The position numbers and the translations under genes are program-made. From a phage, in NCBI GenBank assembly GCA_012813795.1, contig GCA_012813795.1_4087.1: 64,000 nt of DNA; one strand, written 5' to 3'. Below are positions 1 through 9,378 of the stretch, piece after piece (within the stretch, counting starts at the first letter, position 1; each line of letters starts with the position of its first letter). Below the pieces are notes generated by a model. That model was not told the DNA's origin and ran no database searches. It saw only the letters and a program-made list of their open reading frames with translations.

Positions 1-23
1 GACCTATTTACCAAATAACCACA

Positions 24-434
24 TTAATTGTAGTATGTTCTACCAACAGTAATGTGATATTTGAAATATTTGGACGGTAAGCCAAGTTCACTACGAATTT
101 GTGTAATGAAGTCATCTTCAAACTCAATGATAAAGAATGACCCTGGCTTCTTATTGTCTTTTACTTCTTCGATGAAAGGATTGAACTTAATCTTCACTTT
201 CATACCATCGTACTTTTTCCAGTACTCTGGATTTGGTGGCACTTCACCTCGAACAATACTGACGTGTGCTCCCCATTGTGGGTCTTTAACATCAATGTGT
301 AGATCAGTTCTGATGAAGTACTGGTAGTATCTAACCAACTGTAATGGAAGTTGCAGTACTAACCAGAAATCCTTCTTCTTTTTCATAGTCCCACGGTCTG
401 GATCATACACCAGAGTTCCTTCCATTTCAATCAT
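24..434 (-). CDS. 2H phosphoesterase family protein (LigT-like)
   Basis: 136 aa; two H-x-[TS]-x motifs (HVSIV and HITVG) about 70 aa apart, typical of the 2H superfamily; ATG at 432-434. Confidence 0.55.
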   Translation of the reverse strand: MIEMEGTLVYDPDRGTMKKKKDFWLVLQLPLQLVRYYQYFIRTDLHIDVKDPQWGAHVSIVRGEVPPNPEYWKKYDGMKVKIKFNPFIEEVKDNKKPGSFFIIEFEDDFITQIRSELGLPSKYFKYHITVGRTYYN

Positions 435-441
435 ATTTTAC

Positions 442-645
442 CTATAAATGTACATATATGTTTTTATTTTCAATACGAACATATGTTTCCAAAACATCTT
501 TTGGAATTTTATTACTTGTTTTGTACCATGTAGTATTATCTACTAAAACAAAAGTTTCACCGTCAGTTTCACCAAATGTACTCAATGCATAAATGAAGTA
601 ATTTGGTGCTGCACTACAATAGATATCAGCATTAATTTCAATCAT
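442..645 (-). CDS. hypothetical protein
   Basis: 67-aa track ORF, packed between minus-strand neighbours. Confidence 0.45.
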   Translation of the reverse strand: MIEINADIYCSAAPNYFIYALSTFGETDGETFVLVDNTTWYKTSNKIPKDVLETYVRIENKNIYVHL

Positions 646-648
646 ATT

Positions 649-783
649 TTACACCATTACAAAGCTTAATACAACTAATGTAATAAACACACCGACAATC
701 GCGGTCATTTCTGGATTTGCATCATAAGTGTAGCGAATACACTTAACAAAATCCGATCCAAATTTCTTTAATCCTTTCATCAT
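649..783 (-). CDS. small hydrophobic protein (44 aa)
   Basis: Below track cutoff; MMKGLKKFGSDFVKCIRYTYDANPEMTAIVGVFITLVVLSFVMV; AAGGA-like RBS about 7 nt upstream; C-terminal TM segment. Confidence 0.35.
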   Translation of the reverse strand: MMKGLKKFGSDFVKCIRYTYDANPEMTAIVGVFITLVVLSFVMV

Positions 784-832
784 TTTTTTCCTTTTTTAAC
801 ATCAAACATAAAGACTTCTACGTATACCACGG

Positions 833-1219
833 TCAATTCCCCAAATCTGTTAAGATATCTAAGATTATATCATGAATTTCGAAATCGGTGTAAGAAAAGT
901 TTCGTGTGAGCTTATCATTAACTTCATCAATGGACAACATTTGATATCCGACTAGTACACCCTGAACACGACTGCGTTTAACTCTTGAGTACAGGTAAGA
1001 AGGTACTGAAATACGAGTCCCAAGAAATGTAGTACCTTCCCCATATAACTCTACTGTATATCGGTTCTTACTTTTGTTTCTTACATTAACATAGCATTGT
1101 GGATAACGTCTAGGTGTAATACTTTCATACAACATAGATGCAAAACTATCTTTAGAATTATAATACTTTTTGACGATCTCTGTAAATCGTTTAGTATGTC
1201 TCTTTTTCCATCTCATCAT
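833..1219 (-). CDS. hypothetical protein
   Basis: 128-aa track ORF; 4-nt overlap with upstream gene. Confidence 0.5.
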   Translation of the reverse strand: MMRWKKRHTKRFTEIVKKYYNSKDSFASMLYESITPRRYPQCYVNVRNKSKNRYTVELYGEGTTFLGTRISVPSYLYSRVKRSRVQGVLVGYQMLSIDEVNDKLTRNFSYTDFEIHDIILDILTDLGN

Positions 1220-1677
1220 TTAGATCCTATAAAAACTAATGGAAAATATATCTCATCATAAGTTGAGAGTGATTTACATTTCTGAATCATCTCATAATGG
1301 ATAATTTCAGATTCAATATTAGGATATGGAACAGGTGTAGGTGTGGATGGTTGTAATGCATAAAATGTATCTAATCTATTATATTCACCCATTGGTGTAT
1401 TACTCACATCTGGATATCTAACTTCGATCATAACCTGACAATTCGTTGTGTCATCCCACACATAAAATAACTCTTGTGCTACGCATTGGACTGAATAATT
1501 ACCATCAAATGCACTAAACATCGCACCGTCATAGTATCGGAATTGCGGATTTGTATACCCAAGAATTTCAGCTAATATATTAGCTTTGTGTTCATAAAAA
1601 TCCATTTTCAATAGATTAGTATCTTTACAAACATCAACCAAACGATACAAGCATTGCAATATTTCACGATTAATCAT
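1216..1677 (-). CDS. hypothetical protein
   Basis: 153-aa track ORF. Confidence 0.5.
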   Translation of the reverse strand: MINREILQCLYRLVDVCKDTNLLKMDFYEHKANILAEILGYTNPQFRYYDGAMFSAFDGNYSVQCVAQELFYVWDDTTNCQVMIEVRYPDVSNTPMGEYNRLDTFYALQPSTPTPVPYPNIESEIIHYEMIQKCKSLSTYDEIYFPLVFIGSK

Positions 1678-1723
1678 AATATTACCTTAAAAATATTCCC
1701 CACATAGTGAGGAATATAAAGTT

Positions 1724-1957
1724 TTAGTCATCTTTATCAAGCAACTCTTGCAATTCTTCACGATATGTGAAGTACGAGATGATGATAAGTAGAACGACAA
1801 TTGCAGTAATTACAATCCATACTGGTACAAAATGTAATACTAATGCGAACATCAATATTACTAAAATGCTCATTGCAGTACTGAATAGTAGTTTCACTGT
1901 ATCAACAAAACCATCCAACAAGCGTACTGCAATATTTTTAAGTAGTTTATCAACCAT
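1724..1957 (-). CDS. small membrane protein
   Basis: 77 aa with a long hydrophobic core (ILVILMFALVLHFVPVWIVITAIVVLLIII); lies just downstream of tk. Confidence 0.5.
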   Translation of the reverse strand: MVDKLLKNIAVRLLDGFVDTVKLLFSTAMSILVILMFALVLHFVPVWIVITAIVVLLIIISYFTYREELQELLDKDD

Positions 1958-2534
1958 TTTTATTCCTCATATAGTTTTTATAACATTTTCTACACAGGCT
2001 CTTATATGATTCATCACCACCAATAAACACTTTATCAGTACTATCTACGATGCGTGCATTCATTATGGCATTTCTTCCGCACTTTTGATTTTCACATACG
2101 TTCTTTAATTCATGGATCTCATCTGCTATTTCAAATAACCTTTGAGAACCTTCAAATGTATTTGATTCAAAATCGGTTTTAATACCATAACAATATACAT
2201 CAACCATATGCTCATCAGCAATATCGGCTAATAAATCAATTTGTTTTCGATTTAAAAACTGACATTCATCAACGTAGATACTATTATAATCATTGTCAAC
2301 CTGTAATAGTTTTATTACGTCATGAATAACGCTTAGGTCATCTTTTGGAATAACTTGAGCTTCAGATTCTATACCGATTCTCGATGTTATTTTACCAGTA
2401 CCATAACGATCATCTAATGCACTCGTTAAGTAGATGACTTTCATCCCGTTCTTCTTGTGGTTATATGCGTTCTGTAAAAGATGTGTACTCTTTCCTGATG
2501 ACATACTCCCACTAAAGAAAATAAGTTTACCCAT
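1950..2534 (-). CDS. tk: thymidine kinase
   Basis: P-loop GSMSSGKST near N-terminus and C-terminal Zn-binding cysteines (CENQKCGRNA...CRKC); track start 2540 is TTG, the ATG with AAGGA RBS is at 2532-2534. Confidence 0.9.
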   Translation of the reverse strand: MGKLIFFSGSMSSGKSTHLLQNAYNHKKNGMKVIYLTSALDDRYGTGKITSRIGIESEAQVIPKDDLSVIHDVIKLLQVDNDYNSIYVDECQFLNRKQIDLLADIADEHMVDVYCYGIKTDFESNTFEGSQRLFEIADEIHELKNVCENQKCGRNAIMNARIVDSTDKVFIGGDESYKSLCRKCYKNYMRNKNG

Positions 2535-2548
2535 AACCAATCCTTAGT

Positions 2549-2719
2549 TTATAAACTTGTTTCTGTTGTACTAATTACACTACCTCCGTATAGTAATTTT
2601 ACAGTAATGCGTTTATGTGGTGAAGTACTACCATCACTATTCCACAGTTCTACATCTTCTGATTCTATTTCTACACTAAGATTATTTCGAATTAGTAATT
2701 CTATATCTGTTTCATCCAT
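2549..2719 (-). CDS. small acidic protein (56 aa)
   Basis: Below track cutoff; MDETDIELLIRNNLSVEIESEDVELWNSDGS...; fills the gap upstream of tk; weak RBS. Confidence 0.3.
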   Translation of the reverse strand: MDETDIELLIRNNLSVEIESEDVELWNSDGSTSPHKRITVKLLYGGSVISTTETSL

Positions 2720-3047
2720 TTTTAATTCTCAAAAAAGTATGTTTACATTTTACTCTTTGTCCGTAATAAGAAACACCTTCATTGAACATTTCAATCTTAC
2801 CTTCTTTAAGAAGACGTAAGATATCAGGGTCATTCTTCGTTTGAACACAATGTTTTCCATTAACCTGTAATTCTGCACCGCTTTTCAGAATTTCATAAAT
2901 CAATTTGCGGCGTTTCCCGCCATAAGGTGCATCACGCACTGTATCAAGTAATACCTTACATTCAGGCTTTAAATCTCGGTGTAGTTTTCCATCTTTCGAA
3001 ACGTATGTTTCAAAAGCATTATAGTTCTTACTACCTCTAAGTGCCAT
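2712..3047 (-). CDS. hypothetical protein
   Basis: 111-aa track ORF, basic. Confidence 0.5.
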   Translation of the reverse strand: MALRGSKNYNAFETYVSKDGKLHRDLKPECKVLLDTVRDAPYGGKRRKLIYEILKSGAELQVNGKHCVQTKNDPDILRLLKEGKIEMFNEGVSYYGQRVKCKHTFLRIKNG

Positions 3048-3534
3048 AATTTTTCACCATATCAGGATACTTTTCCATTAGTTCAGTAAGACGTTTACGT
3101 TCTTGTTCTTCAAGTAAGCTATTAGAATATAGTGTTTTTAACTTTATACCTAATACATTTTCTGCGTTTTTAATTCGTTCACAGAAAGCATGATTTTTTG
3201 TGATTTTCTTACTTTCTGAAAACATTATATCACCAACATTGAAAATGTACTTTTCTTCTTCAGTACTGAATTCTGGTGCTTCAGCAACTATATAGATATC
3301 TTCAGAATATTGTGGGTACGTACTAAAAACTTTACCATTATACAAGGCAGTGATTGCAATATCGGCAAATACATTCGATGGTTCAGAACGTTCACGGTAA
3401 TGTTCAGTTCGTACAATCTCTTTAATGGTATCAATCGCATCTGATGTACTATGTGCGTAATCAAAACTCATTATACCATCAGTTGCACAATCAGATTCAC
3501 CATATGAACTACGCAATAATATAATTGTATACAT
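3037..3534 (-). CDS. hypothetical protein
   Basis: 165-aa track ORF. Confidence 0.5.
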   Translation of the reverse strand: MYTIILLRSSYGESDCATDGIMSFDYAHSTSDAIDTIKEIVRTEHYRERSEPSNVFADIAITALYNGKVFSTYPQYSEDIYIVAEAPEFSTEEEKYIFNVGDIMFSESKKITKNHAFCERIKNAENVLGIKLKTLYSNSLLEEQERKRLTELMEKYPDMVKNYGT

Positions 3535-3541
3535 AAAACCT

Positions 3542-3823
3542 CTACATTGCTGGTACTGTACTCAACATTAGAAGTACTGCATTTTCATCAAGGGACTCTG
3601 CTGAATCCATAATTACAGAGTTAAACAAATCAGAATCATACTCAAATGCTTCGTAGTCTGTGTCATTAGGGATAAGCTGGTACGTATAGACGATATCGAA
3701 TGTATCATCGTCAGTGGTTTTTTTGAAATGCTTTAAATCATTTACATTTTCAAGGATTGCATATTCTTCAAAGCCTTTAGTACCATCATTCATCAACATC
3801 CATGCTACGCCAACAATTTTCAT
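3542..3823 (-). CDS. hypothetical protein
   Basis: 93-aa track ORF, acidic. Confidence 0.5.
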   Translation of the reverse strand: MKIVGVAWMLMNDGTKGFEEYAILENVNDLKHFKKTTDDDTFDIVYTYQLIPNDTDYEAFEYDSDLFNSVIMDSAESLDENAVLLMLSTVPAM

Positions 3824-3838
3824 ATATTTGAATCCTTA

Positions 3839-4408
3839 TTATTTGTTTACAAAGAAATTACGTGCTTCTTCAAAGGTCATTGAAGTATATACTGGATTCC
3901 ACGCATCGTCAACAGAAGTCAGTACTTTAACTTCCATTACATCTTGTGGTGTATAGAATTGCCATGTATTGTGATCTGGCTCATAGTTAGGGTCCAGAAC
4001 AAAAACTGTTCCATCCTGACCATAAACTTGACCATCCTCGAATAGCTCACGGAAGAAGTCTTCTCCAGTAGTTGGGTCTTCGTATGCATTATAAAAACGA
4101 AAAACAACATTCTCAACATCAGTTCGGGTAGTACCATCGTCTTCATCATATTCTACCAAACGGTCCTGATGAAATACTAGGTCAATAGCACCAATGCGAG
4201 GTTTATTATGTGGAGTTTTGATTTCTTGCTGGGAATTGAAATCAATACGTTCAGTACTGATGAATACACCACTCGGAGTAATTTCAATACCAGTGACATT
4301 TTCAGCAGAATAGTAAACCTCACACATATCATCAATGTGCATGTGCTCATGATACACTTCCATTTCAGGATTCTGCATCAACAGTGCTGCTAAGTCTTTT
4401 GCTTTCAA
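3839..4408 (-). CDS. hypothetical protein
   Basis: 189-aa track ORF. Confidence 0.55.
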   Translation of the reverse strand: MKAKDLAALLMQNPEMEVYHEHMHIDDMCEVYYSAENVTGIEITPSGVFISTERIDFNSQQEIKTPHNKPRIGAIDLVFHQDRLVEYDEDDGTTRTDVENVVFRFYNAYEDPTTGEDFFRELFEDGQVYGQDGTVFVLDPNYEPDHNTWQFYTPQDVMEVKVLTSVDDAWNPVYTSMTFEEARNFFVNK

Positions 4409-4797
4409 TCTTCAATCTCCATAGAATTATCATCATCATAATCGTCACTTGTGTACTTAGTTTTTACCTCAATACCATTCTCGTGAAGGTATGTGATAAA
4501 ACCATTACCATAAACGAATTGATTATAGTAAATGTTTTCTTCCACATGAGTGTCATATTCATCTTCATAATATGTGGGCATTGTAACATCATGCCCTGCA
4601 CTTTGCAAGTACTGGAACAACTCTTTCAGTACTACTTCAATATCACCTTCTTCTGTACCATAACAATACGCAGGTTCACCATGTGTGAATTTGAATCCTT
4701 TACAGGAAACTGTAAAAATATCACTCATACACATACCACAATCATCACATTCATGTATAGAACAATGCTGGTGGAATTTAATCTTTTTGATTTGCAT
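4405..4797 (-). CDS. hypothetical Cys-rich protein (possible Zn-binding)
   Basis: 130 aa; N-terminal cluster HQHCSIHECDDCGMCMS...C. Confidence 0.5.
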   Translation of the reverse strand: MQIKKIKFHQHCSIHECDDCGMCMSDIFTVSCKGFKFTHGEPAYCYGTEEGDIEVVLKELFQYLQSAGHDVTMPTYYEDEYDTHVEENIYYNQFVYGNGFITYLHENGIEVKTKYTSDDYDDDNSMEIED

Positions 4798-5131
4798 TTA
4801 GAAAATCCTGTAAAGATGTAGTAGACATTGGACTATCAGCACCATCATACCACAGTGATGTATATGGCTGAACTGAACTAATATCAATACACAACCCTTC
4901 ACGCTCACATTTTCGAGCGAATTCTTCAGTAGTTAGTTTGTTACCAAAAGAAATCTCAAATTCATAACTAGACATATCAATATCAGTACTGTAAATCAAT
5001 GCACCATCATATGTAATATGGAGTTTAGAATCTGCGTCAAAAAGACGATCTGAAATAGTTTCATAATCATCTTCAGGAACTGCTTCAATAAGACGTGCCA
5101 TTAGTCCAGATGTTACGCGGTAATCACTCAT
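4778..5131 (-). CDS. hypothetical protein
   Basis: Track ORF 4778..5161 trimmed to the internal ATG (MSDYRV) that has a GGAGA RBS. Confidence 0.5.
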   Translation of the reverse strand: MSDYRVTSGLMARLIEAVPEDDYETISDRLFDADSKLHITYDGALIYSTDIDMSSYEFEISFGNKLTTEEFARKCEREGLCIDISSVQPYTSLWYDGADSPMSTTSLQDFLNANQKD

Positions 5132-5181
5132 ATATATTCTCCAAAAGAAAAGGAGAGTCAATATGACTCTCCATGTTTATA

Positions 5182-5643
5182 TTATTCAAGATACTTAAGT
5201 TTATATAAAGTACCCTCAATGAAACTCATTATATCTTCAAGGGTATTAGTACTACCATAGTCTTCTGCTTCTTCAAGCATAGCATGAACGTACTTACATT
5301 GTTCACAGTATTCTTCAAGAATAGGAATACACTGTTCAATTGGTGTGAACTTATAACTGTGTCCAGTGCCAATTTGTAAAGCACCACGAGTGTTCATAAT
5401 TCCTTCAATGAACGCATCGACATATTCTGGTAACTCTTTATACAACTCATCTAATTGTAGATGTTTTGTGTAGTGTTTACTTTGTAAATGCCAGCTATGT
5501 GCAATTGCTGGTAGTATAATGCTGTTTTCAATAAATGTCAATAGTACTTCATCATAAGCACTGTCTTCTTCAGTACAGCCAATGAAGTCCATAACATGTC
5601 GCAAGTCGTTAATATTTTCCATAAAATCTCTCCAGGGAGTCAT
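5182..5643 (-). CDS. hypothetical protein
   Basis: 153-aa track ORF. Confidence 0.55.
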   Translation of the reverse strand: MTPWRDFMENINDLRHVMDFIGCTEEDSAYDEVLLTFIENSIILPAIAHSWHLQSKHYTKHLQLDELYKELPEYVDAFIEGIMNTRGALQIGTGHSYKFTPIEQCIPILEEYCEQCKYVHAMLEEAEDYGSTNTLEDIMSFIEGTLYKLKYLE

Positions 5644-5654
5644 TCTATGTCTAT

Positions 5655-6071
5655 TTATTTGATCAGAAATGTAAATTCGGGATTCATATCTCTTATTACT
5701 GAATTACGTCTTCTATCCCATACAACTTTACTAAAATACTCGGAGTCATCACATACTATCAGTATACAATTCCTAAGAGAACTCGTTGTGTAAGTACTTA
5801 AATCATTTTCTGTAATGAAATGAACATTCCAGTTGACTTGTACTGGATAATCTCGTTTAAAAAACAAAACTACTATAGGTCTTTCAGTACTCAATGCATT
5901 AATAAATTCGATTACACTATCATAGATTTCAGTACGGATATTATTGGTTTTTATTGTACTTATGTAATTCTGTTTAATTCCGTGCTCTTCATTGATTTGA
6001 TACTCAAAAAACTTTTTAAACAATTCTTTGGTTAAATCAGATGAATTTTTAATATTCGTTGCGTTACTCAT
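5655..6071 (-). CDS. hypothetical protein
   Basis: 138-aa track ORF. Confidence 0.5.
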   Translation of the reverse strand: MSNATNIKNSSDLTKELFKKFFEYQINEEHGIKQNYISTIKTNNIRTEIYDSVIEFINALSTERPIVVLFFKRDYPVQVNWNVHFITENDLSTYTTSSLRNCILIVCDDSEYFSKVVWDRRRNSVIRDMNPEFTFLIK

Positions 6072-6791
6072 TCACTTCGTTCTCTCGTAACTCAAGAATT
6101 CGTTTCGTTATCTACGATAACTCACTCATTCATATTAATTAATATTGTATTGTACTTTTAAAGATTGACGGGATTTGTTGAGGACATTTTCATCCCCCCG
6201 CAGGGGAATGATATTAAAAAAGAACCAATGAAGGTTCTTGATTTTGACGCTGATGGCATCGGAATTTATCGAATTGCGAATTTCTCCATATTTTGGACGG
6301 TTCAAGGGTGTCCAATTTTTGGAGAACGAAAGCGGGTTGCTCTGTTTCTCTCTATCGCAGTCATATGCAACGGTCGCAGGTATTTTCATCCCCTGCACTA
6401 AAGTACTGGAACTATTCGATCAATTCAGTACTCGTTTTACTCAATTTTTGGGTGCAACTTTCCCGTAGAAAAATTGACCGCTTGTTTTAAGTAAAACTCC
6501 CTTAGCAAATCTGGTAAGGTGCGATCCTTATACATCTATCGAGGAACTCTCTGTATGCTTATCGGAGTTCTTTATTGAGCCGTGTCGCCGTGTGATCCGT
6601 GTCTTATTTCGCGTTTGTATGAATGCACTTGGATGGTACTAACGGGTTTCTTTTGCTCATCGCCTCAGTGGGAAGGCTCATCTATCCTTTACATTTTCAA
6701 GAGAAGTAGGTTCTTCTTGTCCGTTGTTAAAACGTCCACTGACATTTTCCATTACAATATAATTATAGCACAATATAAAGTATTGTCCCAA
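6072..6791 (-). other. non-coding, GC-richer island; candidate structured RNA or regulatory region
   Basis: About 720 bp with no convincing ORF in a genome that is otherwise densely coding; short overlapping ORFs in several frames; minus-strand -10-like TATAAT near 6762-6767; duplicated TTTTCATCCCC, CCGTGT x3, several hairpins; closed by a minus-strand terminator near 6220. Confidence 0.35.
6214..6239 (-). terminator. intrinsic terminator (minus strand)
   Basis: Stem AAGAACC/GGTTCTT with 6-nt loop, followed on the minus strand by a T-run. Confidence 0.5.
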
Positions 6792-7205
6792 TTACATATA
6801 AACTTTTTTCAATTCTTTGCTGCTTCGTTCAAATACTGTTTCAATGAACTCAATATCCTGAAGAAGCTGTAGAGTACTGGCATCTGTCTCATTGCGTGAC
6901 ACATTTCTGTACTTTTGTTCAGGGTGATTGAATACCACCTTGACTACACTATTTAGGTCTACAAAATTTGACGTTTTTTTCGTATAGGAAGCCTGAAGCT
7001 TAATATACTTCCCATTATCTTGTAGATTAGTTTTATGAATTAGTTCTTCAATACCTGTAAGATGTAAATAACTATCTTCTTCTTTGACGAATGTAATAGT
7101 CAACAGTACTGTCTTTTCGTCTCCCATGTCAGAGATATTTTTCACAGCACTAACAATTTCCAAGTTTGAAAAATCTAAATCTTTAAGCATTACACATATT
7201 TCCAC
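6792..7205 (-). CDS. hypothetical protein
   Basis: 137-aa track ORF. Confidence 0.5.
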   Translation of the reverse strand: MEICVMLKDLDFSNLEIVSAVKNISDMGDEKTVLLTITFVKEEDSYLHLTGIEELIHKTNLQDNGKYIKLQASYTKKTSNFVDLNSVVKVVFNHPEQKYRNVSRNETDASTLQLLQDIEFIETVFERSSKELKKVYM

Positions 7206-7546
7206 AAAGTTCTATAAGTGATAATTTCTTCTCTGGTAACAGAAACTTCATTGCACTTAACACCATCCGTTTCATACTCGAATGGTCGTTGTGGTCGATA
7301 TTCTGTTAAACCTCGTTCATACGTACAATGATAATACTTGTTCTCGTTTATGTCAAGAAAAACAAGATCAAATTCTTCAGTAAATCGTCTATGCCCTTTA
7401 CTTTCATTGCAAATGATTTTGTACTGCACATCTGGACCAAAGGTTTCAGTACTGTCATCCCATGCACCATAGTCAGTATACAAATCATCTTCATCTAACT
7501 CTGCAAGATGCCACATTAACTGTGGTAAAAAGATTTTTGATTTCAT
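7190..7546 (-). CDS. hypothetical protein
   Basis: 118-aa track ORF; ATG at 7544-7546. Confidence 0.5.
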   Translation of the reverse strand: MKSKIFLPQLMWHLAELDEDDLYTDYGAWDDSTETFGPDVQYKIICNESKGHRRFTEEFDLVFLDINENKYYHCTYERGLTEYRPQRPFEYETDGVKCNEVSVTREEIITYRTLWKYV

Positions 7547-7560
7547 TTATTTTCTCCATT

Positions 7561-7586
7561 AAAAAAGGACTTGATTTCTCAAGTCC
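7561..7586 (-). terminator. intrinsic terminator (minus strand)
   Basis: Stem GGACTTGA/TCAAGTCC with 4-nt loop, followed on the minus strand by T6. Confidence 0.5.
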
Positions 7587-7599
7587 CTATTATAACATA

Positions 7600-8211
7600 T
7601 TACTCATGTTTATCCAACAGCTTTTGTGCCTTTTTTAATGCTTTCATGTGTCGCCCGTACTCACGAACATGCCACAGATGATCGTTATCCCATAGCTCTT
7701 GACGCAATTTACGTTCTTCGATCATTTCTGGTGTAGGACGTTTACTTTCCTTCTCAATCTTATTGAAATAACGATTCATATGTTCTTCAAGTAGATTTAG
7801 GTTTTTGACTTTCTCAAGGAATTCATCAACCGTTTCAGTTTTATTTGAACGCATTTGGTTGCATCTTGAGCACATTGTATTAAAGTTGGACTCCAAATCA
7901 GCACCACCTTTAGATGCAAGATGATTATGATCTACAGTCATCATAACTTCATAAAGACCACATACTGCATACACATTTAAATGCGGTTTACCATATACCG
8001 GATCACTACAGTTAGAACGTTCGATTCGAACTTCTGTAGCCTCGATGCCACAAGCAATGCACTTACAATTCTTAACGAATGTTAGTACTTTTTGTGGAAA
8101 GTATCTGAAAGTAATACCATTATAAGTATAACGTTTCATTTTGGTACTAGTATGATTGAGTTCATCTAGTAAACTCAATTTGGTTACATAATAAACATGA
8201 TATTTAGACAT
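7600..8211 (-). CDS. HNH endonuclease (free-standing homing-endonuclease-like)
   Basis: 203 aa; HNH signature DHNH...N...CSRCNQ plus upstream Cys pairs. Confidence 0.65.
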   Translation of the reverse strand: MSKYHVYYVTKLSLLDELNHTSTKMKRYTYNGITFRYFPQKVLTFVKNCKCIACGIEATEVRIERSNCSDPVYGKPHLNVYAVCGLYEVMMTVDHNHLASKGGADLESNFNTMCSRCNQMRSNKTETVDEFLEKVKNLNLLEEHMNRYFNKIEKESKRPTPEMIEERKLRQELWDNDHLWHVREYGRHMKALKKAQKLLDKHE

Positions 8212-8212
8212 A

Positions 8213-8527
8213 CTATTCCTTAACTTTTATGTTAACACGAATATTTTGGTCTTGGAGTTTGCGAATTGTATCAATTAGTGCATCATATCTCAGTGCACAT
8301 TCATTGTATATGGAATCCCAACGCGTCAGAACGTTAAGAATTTCATCACCAGCATATCCTCTATTACCATGTGAGTCAACAACAATTTTTTTAGGAATTG
8401 GTGTATCTTCTTCGCATCGTTCTAATAAGATTTCCTGGGTGATTATTGGTGACGCTTGAACTGGAACCTTATTAGAACACCCAGTGATAAACATAAAAGT
8501 AATCAAGAATGTTAATATGTATTTCAT
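8213..8527 (-). CDS. o-spanin-like outer-membrane lipoprotein
   Basis: 104 aa; signal peptide with lipobox FITGC; immediately downstream of the i-spanin-like gene with 4-nt overlap. Confidence 0.6.
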   Translation of the reverse strand: MKYILTFLITFMFITGCSNKVPVQASPIITQEILLERCEEDTPIPKKIVVDSHGNRGYAGDEILNVLTRWDSIYNECALRYDALIDTIRKLQDQNIRVNIKVKE

Positions 8528-8898
8528 TTAAATTTCTCTCTAGCTGCAAGTGAATTTTGTTTTAGATCATTCAAAAGTTTTACCCCTTCTTCATCTAAAC
8601 ATACATTTCTATAAACTTCACGCTCAATAATAACTGGTACTTTAGTTTCTATTACCTTTGCATTATTTTGCATTATATGTTTAGTTTCTACATAGTTTTT
8701 GGTATTTTGGCTTTCAATTTTACTTAAAGCCGCATCTACTTTCTTCTCTATTTTTAATTCAATACTTTCTTTATACCCAGTATAAAAAGTATTAGCCTTC
8801 CAGCCACCAAAAGTACATGATGCCATCAGGAGAACAAACGCAATTGGTTTCCAGAACGGTATCAGTACTTTTGAAACAATAATATCTAGTACACTCAT
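8524..8898 (-). CDS. i-spanin-like protein
   Basis: 124 aa; N-terminal TM anchor followed by a charged helical region; paired with the downstream lipoprotein. Confidence 0.55.
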   Translation of the reverse strand: MSVLDIIVSKVLIPFWKPIAFVLLMASCTFGGWKANTFYTGYKESIELKIEKKVDAALSKIESQNTKNYVETKHIMQNNAKVIETKVPVIIEREVYRNVCLDEEGVKLLNDLKQNSLAAREKFK

Positions 8899-8943
8899 AA
8901 TAATATCTCCTATAGATGATGATATTATTTAGAGTGCTGAAAA

Positions 8944-9369
8944 TTAGCGTTTATCGATCATTGTTTGTACATGTTCTACGAGATGTACGATTCTGGAATC
9001 ACCTGATTCATACTTATCTTCGATCTCAACCTTAAATTCATCTTCAAGTTCCATGATCATTTCTACCCAGTCCAGTGAATCAAATTTGAATTTTTCTTCA
9101 ATTTCTAAGGAGGTTAAATGTAAATTCATCAGTACATCTGCCTCTGATACATCACCATAACGTCCAGAAATGAATTTTGCAATTGCTTTCTCAACGTCAG
9201 TTGGTCCACGTGTACGGTATTCTGGTTCAAGGAACCATTCACCCTTATTGATAGCTTCTAATTCTAGTTTAATTTCATGCATTACTTTATAACGATCAGT
9301 ACTTTTATGGATGCGGCTAACTTCGCGATTCAGTACACGTAGTGCATCAATAATTGTTGAATTCAGCAT
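8944..9369 (-). CDS. acyl-carrier-protein-like domain protein
   Basis: 141 aa; C-terminal ~85 aa resembles ACP, including the phosphopantetheine-site motif DSLDWVEMIMELEDEF (compare DSLDTVELVMALEEEF). Confidence 0.6.
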   Translation of the reverse strand: MLNSTIIDALRVLNREVSRIHKSTDRYKVMHEIKLELEAINKGEWFLEPEYRTRGPTDVEKAIAKFISGRYGDVSEADVLMNLHLTSLEIEEKFKFDSLDWVEMIMELEDEFKVEIEDKYESGDSRIVHLVEHVQTMIDKR

Positions 9370-9378
9370 ATAATCCTC

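Noticed and set aside
6135-6398. 87-aa minus-strand ORF (and overlapping plus-strand ORFs 6165..6401, 6238..6468, 6293..6490, 6582..6872) inside the island
   Set aside because: They overlap each other in several frames, run through the terminator hairpin and lack an RBS; they are more likely open frames produced by the GC-richer composition.
6072-6791. tRNA genes or a group I intron in the non-coding island
   Set aside because: No canonical T-arm (GTTCRANYC with a 5-bp stem) or cloverleaf could be built on either strand, and no recognisable group I core elements or split flanking ORF were seen; it remains flagged only as an unexplained non-coding island.
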